DNA of 64,000 nucleotides from Ignavibacteriota bacterium (lineage in GTDB: Bacteria > Bacteroidota > Ignavibacteria > UBA10030 > UBA6906): positions 1,024,001-1,088,000 of the forward strand of contig CAWDEM010000004.1 of assembly GCA_963801355.1 (NCBI GenBank), in the 5' to 3' direction. The notes beneath the pieces were generated by a model, which saw nothing but the letters and a program-made list of their open reading frames with translations, ran no database searches and had not been told where the DNA came from. The translations under genes and the position numbers were made by a program. Positions 58,601 to 64,000 of this stretch are shown here, in pieces. Numbering within the stretch: the stretch's first letter is position 1; every line of letters begins with the position of its first letter.

Positions 58601-60167
58601 CGCGCACGATGCCATTCACTTTGTCCCACGAAATGCGCGGGCGCATTTCCCGCAACGCCTCGTGCGCGTACCGGCCGGCAAGCATTGCAAGGACCCCGGC
58701 GAAGAGTTCACGGCTCAAGGATCGATAGCAATAGGACCGCCGGACGACTTCGAAAAGGTGGTCCACATCCCATTCCTCGACGCTCACCATGGCGGCAATC
58801 TGCTGGGCGAGCACATCCAGACAGTTCTCGGGAATGTGGGTTTCTTCCACCTCGTGGTCATGCATTGCCCGCGCGACAACCGCGGATTCCACCAGGTCCT
58901 CACGATGCGTAGCGTAGATTCTCCCCTTGCTCGTGCCGCTGATCAGGTGGCCTGACCGCCCCACACGCTGGAGCCCCCGGGCGATGCCCTTGGGCGATTG
59001 AAGCTGAATGACAAGGTCGATGCTCCCGATGTCGATGCCGAGTTCAAGAGAAGATGTGGCAACGAGCGCCCGGATACGCCCGGCCTTCAAATCGTTTTCC
59101 ATTGTTTCGCGGGCCTCGCGCGACATGCTCCCGTGGTATGCAAGGACAAGAGGTTCATCGGATGAAGCCGCTTCGACAGACTCTTGAGCGCCCAGGGTCC
59201 AGGCTGTCACGACCGGCACGGCGGAAAGATTGATCGTTGACACAGGAGCATTGGTGATGCGCTCGTTCAACTTTGCCGCCACGCGCTCGGCCAGACGGCG
59301 GTTATTGACAAACACGAGTGTGGAGCGATGCGCCCGGATCAGCGCAAGAACCTCGTCCAGTATCAACGGCCAGACGCCATCGGATGGAAGCAGTGAAAAA
59401 TCCTCCGCAGCGCAGATCACGCGCAAATCCATCACCTTCTTGTGCCCGGCATTGATGATGTTGACCGGGCGGGGGAGGGCTTCGGATGTCCCGTCGGATA
59501 TTGAGCCGCCGAGGTACGCTGCAATCTTCTCGAGAGGTCGCTGCGTCGCCGAGAGACCGATCCGCACAAATTCCTGTGCCGCGGCTTCCTGAAGCCGTTC
59601 CATGCTCAGAGACAGATGCACCCCCCGCTTGTTGTTGCACAGCGCGTGGATCTCGTCCACGATGACGTACTGGACAGTGGTAAAGAGCTTGCGTGCCTGT
59701 GGGGACGTCAGCATCAGATACAGCGACTCGGGTGTCGTGATGAGGATATCGGGAGGATGCCGGAGCATTGCCGCGCGCGCCGAAGCGGGGGTGTCGCCGG
59801 TGCGTACCGCGGTGCGAATAGCAGGCAGATCCAGCCCCGACTTCTCCGCTCTTGCCTGTATCCCTGAAAGCGGGGTCTCCAGATTCCTGTAGATGTCGTT
59901 GTTCAGCGCCTTCAACGGAGAAATGTACAGGATGCGGACCCCGGGAGGGAGGGGCTCGCGCAGGCGCTGTTCAACCAGATGGTTGATGGCCCAGAGGAAG
60001 GCGGTCAGGGTTTTGCCGGAACCTGTCGGCGCAAGTATGAGTGTGTGTTTGCCGGACGCGATACTGGGCCAGCCGAGCTCCTGCGGGGGGCTCGGCCGGC
60101 CGTAGGTTTCAAGAAACCAGTCCCGAACGATCGGGTGAAAATCGTCGAGGACGCTATCAGTAGACAT
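55650..60167 (-). CDS. lhr: Lhr-family ATP-dependent SF2 helicase, full length with C-terminal winged-helix/AlkZ-like region
   Basis: 1505 aa; APTGSGKT, SPLKALNND, TTPESL, DEIH, LSAT, YHGS, TSSLELGID, QRVGRSGH, PFWRGE, C-terminal LRRYGI..RRGYFV. Confidence 0.92.
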   Translation of the reverse strand: MSTDSVLDDFHPIVRDWFLETYGRPSPPQELGWPSIASGKHTLILAPTGSGKTLTAFLWAINHLVEQRLREPLPPGVRILYISPLKALNNDIYRNLETPLSGIQARAEKSGLDLPAIRTAVRTGDTPASARAAMLRHPPDILITTPESLYLMLTSPQARKLFTTVQYVIVDEIHALCNNKRGVHLSLSMERLQEAAAQEFVRIGLSATQRPLEKIAAYLGGSISDGTSEALPRPVNIINAGHKKVMDLRVICAAEDFSLLPSDGVWPLILDEVLALIRAHRSTLVFVNNRRLAERVAAKLNERITNAPVSTINLSAVPVVTAWTLGAQESVEAASSDEPLVLAYHGSMSREARETMENDLKAGRIRALVATSSLELGIDIGSIDLVIQLQSPKGIARGLQRVGRSGHLISGTSKGRIYATHREDLVESAVVARAMHDHEVEETHIPENCLDVLAQQIAAMVSVEEWDVDHLFEVVRRSYCYRSLSRELFAGVLAMLAGRYAHEALREMRPRISWDKVNGIVRALPGTSHIAITGGGTIADRGLYGVYLEDGKTKVGEVDEEFIFESRPGDTFILGTSVWRMIDISPDRITVAAAPGAPARMPFWRGEGIGRSFELGTIVGEFRRTVGGRLDDPGLLPWISATYPVDSRSAWNLVEYLRRQRDATGVIPGDRSIVVEGFRDEIGDPRIVIHSCFGRRVNGLLGLLLARQAEQKLHASPQMLYNDDGVLLRCPETRHIPLDLFDGIAIEEAENFVLQDLLDSPVFAGQFRQNAGRSLLMPRVAPGKRTPLWLQRLRAADLLQVARKFDDFPVVIETVREVLNDVLDFPRFRQLLRRLVSGDIQIHTVENEVPSPFAGSMLFDFMAVYMYEYDQSRPDRLSQYVSVNRELLSGVVDLETLTSLIRPEAVDHVEQQLQHAGEGTRARTPEELMEVLLRLGDLTEEEIAARCAGDSQAMLRTLEETHRASRLTVGSAPRWVALEEHELYAQMNADPALGKILRRYVEHHGPVPVSELSRRYQITADRVQQVTAGWADDRNMVRGRFRPPSMPGADEPQWVYRPNIERIHRQTLSLLRKEIQPCTLEEFIPFLHRWQHLDGKSRLQRDDGVDVLLGQFEGLSLPADTWERDVLYRRLSEYTPDLLSHGTSPSEWVWAGVAQGRIRPFRRGNGAVFIAPGAGTSEESGEAARRIHDFLSAYGASFLSDIRAETHLSLAAVNNGLAELFWSGAVTNDTAAEIFKLRRSRSEETDLPLEPVRLLGPRRFSQSSPLVQRARRAVREAPGWSGRWSLLQHPGVMGPSLSLEEVAARQADVLLRRYGILAREFHQREDLLSWQIIAAELQRREMRGQIRRGYFVQGLSGMQYAIPDAVDLLREIRRSGGASGTAYLVNGMDPGNPYGPGIPFPFGETAVQRTPGTYIAFHNGSPVVLIQQYGGRLWTKEGTSHELILAAMWELIGLTRIPGALRPVKQIDVEYINGSRAALEPLGELLQTIGFVRAPNQTLRYEGYR

Positions 60168-60445
60168 AGTGTGCTTGTGGCAATGTCAATGCGGCTGATG
60201 CGCTTCTCTGCTATGAGGGGTCTGCACTCTCAGACCTTGAGGCGGGCATGACGGTCACGCATGCATCCCGACACAGGTGGAAAGAAGATACAGAGAACGG
60301 CTGCCCCGCGCAAGGTTGCCGTTCGATTTGTGCGATTTGGTTTGCAGTGCGCAACATGCTCAGTGCAATCCGCGTATCAGGATAAGGGCATGCAGGATTC
60401 CTGGAGCGGAGTTCTGACCCCTTGTACCCCACCCGGAGAGCGTTC

Positions 60446-61537
60446 ATGAAAACCCGAATCATCCTGATTACCGCTGGCACTGTCGCCATTGTGGCGGCTG
60501 CATTCTTCACGTTCGGGGGCTCCGGCGGCGATGCTCCCACGGATCTTCCGCGGGTGAAGGTGACGCGTGACAATATCGTCGAGAAGGCCCTCGCTGTGGG
60601 GACCATCGAGCCAAAGAACGAAATCTCTGTCAAGTCAAAAGTCTCCGGTGTTGTGCGCCGGATCTTTGCCGACGCCGGGGCATACGTCAAGGCGGGTGAC
60701 CCGCTGCTCGAGGTGAAACCCGATCCGACTCCCCTCGAACTGGCCGAGGCCAAGCGTCAGGTGCAGATGCGTGAAGTGGAGACGACCAACCTCGAAAAGC
60801 AGCGCGTCCGGCAAGAATCCATGGTCGGGAAGCAACTCATCTCCCGGAAGGAGTATGAGGACTTCGAACGCCAGTATGATGAAGGTCAGTTGCAGCTCAA
60901 ACTTTCAAAAGAACGGCTTGCCTTGCTGGAGAGCGGCAGAATACGGATTGAAAATACCGAAATCGAGTCGATCGTCAAGGCGCCCATCGATGGATTTGTG
61001 CTCAGCAAAACCGTGGAAGTGGGAGATCCGGTCACCCCGTTGACGTCCTATCAGGAGGGCACCGTGCTGATGAAAATCGCCAACATGGAACGATTGATAT
61101 TCAAAGGGACGGTGGATGAAATCGATGTCGGGAAGCTGCGGGAGGGAATGGTTGCGGAACTGAAGGTCGGCGCCTTGCCGACCGACAAGATCACCGGCAC
61201 ACTGTACAAGATTTCGCTCAAAGCAGAGAAGAAAGAAAATGCCACGGTCTTCCCCATTGAGATCTCCGTCCCCGGAGGAACGAAAACGACTCTCCGTGCG
61301 GGCTATTCCGCGAATGCCAGCATCATCATCCAGAAGAAAGACAGCGTGCTGACCATCCCCGAGCGGGTGGTGACCTTCCGCAACGACTCGGCATTCGTCA
61401 AGGTTCCCCTCGGCTCAGGGAAGGAGGAAGAGAGGGTCATCAAGACGGGATTGAGTGACGCCATCAAGGTCGAAGTGACAAGCGGTCTGCGGGAGGGTGA
61501 TGAGGTGTTCGAAAAGCCGGTGAAGAAAATCGAATGA
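60446..61537 (+). CDS. Efflux periplasmic adaptor (MacA/HlyD-like membrane fusion protein)
   Basis: N-terminal TM; VKSKVSGVV, VKAGDPL, KAPIDG, VDEIDV, LRAGYSA, SGLREGD. Confidence 0.92.
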   Translation: MKTRIILITAGTVAIVAAAFFTFGGSGGDAPTDLPRVKVTRDNIVEKALAVGTIEPKNEISVKSKVSGVVRRIFADAGAYVKAGDPLLEVKPDPTPLELAEAKRQVQMREVETTNLEKQRVRQESMVGKQLISRKEYEDFERQYDEGQLQLKLSKERLALLESGRIRIENTEIESIVKAPIDGFVLSKTVEVGDPVTPLTSYQEGTVLMKIANMERLIFKGTVDEIDVGKLREGMVAELKVGALPTDKITGTLYKISLKAEKKENATVFPIEISVPGGTKTTLRAGYSANASIIIQKKDSVLTIPERVVTFRNDSAFVKVPLGSGKEEERVIKTGLSDAIKVEVTSGLREGDEVFEKPVKKIE

Positions 61538-62769
61538 GCGGTCTGATCACCACACTGCGCGAATTCGTGCGGGACCTCACCGCGCAAAAACTGCGCACCA
61601 CACTCACGGTCTTCGGCATCGTCTGGGGAACGGTGGCGATCGTCGTGCTTCTCGCGTTTGGTATGGGGTTCAAGCGCCAGCTCTCCGTCAACATGCACGG
61701 GATCGGCGAGAGCGTGGCCATCATGTTTCCCGGGCGGACAACAAAAGCGTTTGAGGGGTTCGGCATCGGCCGGCCCATGAGCCTCCTCGAGGAAGATGTT
61801 CACCTGCTCGCATCACAGGTGTCGGGGATAGACCGCATCAGCCCCGAGTACAGTCAGTACGAGACTCCCGTCCGGGTCGGCGAGAATATCACGACACCTC
61901 TCATCTCCGGTATTGTGCCGGTCTACGGCGACATCCGCAACATCATTCCCGAACAGGGGGGAAGGTTCATCAACGATCCGGACGTGCGGGAGAGGAAGCG
62001 CGTGGCGGTGCTGGGCGATGAGATCAAGAGACTGCTGTTCGGTGAGACGCACGCCATCGGTCGCCTGATCTACGTCGGAACCGTTCCGTTCACGGTGATC
62101 GGTGTGATGCAAAAGAAGACGCAGAATTCGTCGTACAACCGCAGGGACCAGGACAGGATCTTCATTCCATCGTCGACCTTTGCCTCCGTGTTCGGCGCGA
62201 ACCGGCTCAACAATATTATCTTCACGTCGAAGGACCCGCGGCACTCGTCGGAAACTGTCAGCAGCGTGCGGACCGTCCTCGGCCGCAAGTACAGGTTCGA
62301 CCCGACGGACAAGGATGCCGTATGGATATGGGACACGGCGGAATTCGACAAATTCATCTTTGTCTTCTTCCTCGCCTTCAACATCTTCATGGGATTGATC
62401 GGCAGCTTCACTCTGGCGGTCGGTGGGCTGGGGGTCGCGAACATTATGTATATCGTTGTTCAGGAGCGGACACGGGAGATCGGCGTCAAACGGGCCGTCG
62501 GAGCCCGCAAACGCGATATCCTGCTCCAATTCTTTGCCGAAACGCTCCTGATTGTCGCATTCGGCTCGGTCATAGGTTTCGGCATTGCCGCACTTATCGT
62601 GAAAGCGATGCAGTATGTTCCCATCAAGGAATTTGTCGGGACACCTGAAGTCTCTTTTGAAGTTGCCCTCGCCACCGTCGCCGTGCTTGCCGTCGTGAGC
62701 TTAAGCGCGGGTCTTCTGCCGGCGCGCCGGGCGGCAAACCTGAATGTGGTCGACTGTCTCCGCACCTGA
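61534..62769 (+). CDS. ABC transporter permease (MacB/FtsX-type)
   Basis: [44 protein letters not shown]. Confidence 0.93.
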   Translation: MSGLITTLREFVRDLTAQKLRTTLTVFGIVWGTVAIVVLLAFGMGFKRQLSVNMHGIGESVAIMFPGRTTKAFEGFGIGRPMSLLEEDVHLLASQVSGIDRISPEYSQYETPVRVGENITTPLISGIVPVYGDIRNIIPEQGGRFINDPDVRERKRVAVLGDEIKRLLFGETHAIGRLIYVGTVPFTVIGVMQKKTQNSSYNRRDQDRIFIPSSTFASVFGANRLNNIIFTSKDPRHSSETVSSVRTVLGRKYRFDPTDKDAVWIWDTAEFDKFIFVFFLAFNIFMGLIGSFTLAVGGLGVANIMYIVVQERTREIGVKRAVGARKRDILLQFFAETLLIVAFGSVIGFGIAALIVKAMQYVPIKEFVGTPEVSFEVALATVAVLAVVSLSAGLLPARRAANLNVVDCLRT

Positions 62770-62778
62770 GTATGTCCC

Positions 62779-62870
62779 TAATGCCTATTGCCCATTGCCA
62801 AATGCCTATTGCCCATTGCCAAATGCCTATTGCCCAATGCCCAATGCCTATTGCCCATTGCCTAATTGCC
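62779..62870. repeat. Heptamer tandem array (HAWTGCC) x13 with 21-bp higher-order unit
   Basis: TAATGCC TATTGCC CATTGCC AAATGCC TATTGCC CATTGCC AAATGCC TATTGCC CAATGCC CAATGCC TATTGCC CATTGCC T AATTGCC. Confidence 0.95.
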
Positions 62871-62874
62871 TGAT

Positions 62875-64000
62875 ATGTGGCGCGAACTCGTCATAGATTT
62901 TCTGAAGGATCTCAATACCCAGCGCACGCGCGCGTTTCTCACGATCCTCTCCATTATGTGGGGAACGATAGCCGTGGTGCTGCTGCTATCCTTTGGCGAA
63001 GGGCTCGGCCGGCAGATGACCAACGGCCTTCTCAACGCCGGAAACGAGATCATGATTCTGTATGGCGGGGAGACCGGGATGCCCTTTGAAGGGGTGCCGA
63101 AAGGAAGACCCATCAGGCTCGAGGAAGAGGATGCCGCGCTGCTCCGTCAGGCCATCCCGGCAATCGACGTGGTGAGTCCCCAATACCGCGCAACTGTGCG
63201 GCTGACCGCCGGACGCAATTCCATGAACACGGAGTGCGAGGGAGTCAATCCGAACTTCGAGGAAATGCGCCGGATGTATCCCGCGGTCGGCGGACGGTTT
63301 CTGAACGATGCCGATGTGACACAGCAACGCCGCGTGCTCGTGCTCGGCGTGAAGATCGCACAAGACCTGTTCGGCGACCAGGATCCGGTCGGCCGGACGC
63401 TCCTCCTGGAGACTATCCCGTTCACCGTCGTCGGCCTGCTGCAGGATAAGTTACAGACGAGTATGAACAACGGGCCCGATTCACGCCGGGCGATCATGCC
63501 GCATTCCACTATGCGGACCATGTTCGGCCGCACACACGTCAATTCAATCGTTGTACATCCCCGCGCCCCGCAACTTCAGGAGGAAGTGAAACGCGAAGTT
63601 TTCCGGGTACTCGCACGCAAATATCATTTCAATCCGGCTGATGAGCGGACGTTGTTCATCTGGGATTTCATCGAAAACGCGAAGATGAACCGGAAGATCA
63701 CCCTGGGCGTGACAATATTCCTGTTCGGTGTCGGATTCCTGACGCTGCTCATTGCAGGTGTCGGCGTGGCCAACGTTATGTACGTGGTCGTGAAGGAACG
63801 GACGAGGGAAATCGGCATCCGGATGGCGGTAGGAGCACGGAGGAACCACATCATGGCGCAGTTCATCCTCGAAGCGCTGTTGATCGCATGTATCGGCGGT
63901 GTGCTGGGCATGCTGTTTTGCTGGGGTGTGGTCTCGTTTGTGCGCACACTCCCGAGCAACGACGGGGTGATGCAGTTTTTCGGACGGCCGGTCTTCTCGC
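62875..64000 (+). CDS. Second MacB/FtsX-type ABC permease, truncated by window edge
   Basis: Own translation from ATG 62875: [43 protein letters not shown]...GGRFLN...[22 protein letters not shown]. Confidence 0.92.
   Translation, partial: MWRELVIDFLKDLNTQRTRAFLTILSIMWGTIAVVLLLSFGEGLGRQMTNGLLNAGNEIMILYGGETGMPFEGVPKGRPIRLEEEDAALLRQAIPAIDVVSPQYRATVRLTAGRNSMNTECEGVNPNFEEMRRMYPAVGGRFLNDADVTQQRRVLVLGVKIAQDLFGDQDPVGRTLLLETIPFTVVGLLQDKLQTSMNNGPDSRRAIMPHSTMRTMFGRTHVNSIVVHPRAPQLQEEVKREVFRVLARKYHFNPADERTLFIWDFIENAKMNRKITLGVTIFLFGVGFLTLLIAGVGVANVMYVVVKERTREIGIRMAVGARRNHIMAQFILEALLIACIGGVLGMLFCWGVVSFVRTLPSNDGVMQFFGRPVFS

Noticed and set aside
60330-60402. Sigma54 promoter or enhancer sites before the efflux operon
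   Set aside because: GGCATGCAGGATTCC lacks the GG-N10-GC spacing, and nearby TGCA motifs form no clean palindrome.

Overview
GC-rich bacterial chromosome segment, most likely from an Ignavibacteria/Chlorobi-related (FCB) lineage. This is inferred from FCB-type RpoB/RpoC insertions, secY-map without adk, a PorV-family gene, and E. coli-like TTGACA/TAnnnT promoters with SD sequences. 1-7.6 kb: DUF1573, Asp-box beta-propeller lipoprotein, EthD, glnE and a DUF2723/TMEM260-like glycosyltransferase. 7.7-41.6 kb: contiguous translation/transcription supercluster (tRNA Thr-Tyr-Gly-Thr, rpmG, tRNA-Trp, secE-nusG-rplKAJL-rpoBC, str, S10, spc and alpha operons, engB, class V aminotransferase), with a tRNA-Gln gene inside the spc operon. 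41.6-49.5 kb: a separately promoted three-gene envelope module (TonB-dependent receptor, ~1150-aa secreted protein with a T9SS-like C-terminal domain, PorV/PorQ-family barrel). Its long leader carries a 16-nt complement of the 16S rRNA 3' end. This module is the best candidate for an uncharacterised system. 49.5-64 kb: degenerate PIG-L protein, NHL protein, ssb, a DnaA-box cluster, carA, a frameshifted methyltransferase, Lhr helicase and a MacAB-like exporter with a heptamer array between its permeases. No CRISPR array, rRNA or transposase was seen. All calls come from reading the sequence; no database searches were run.
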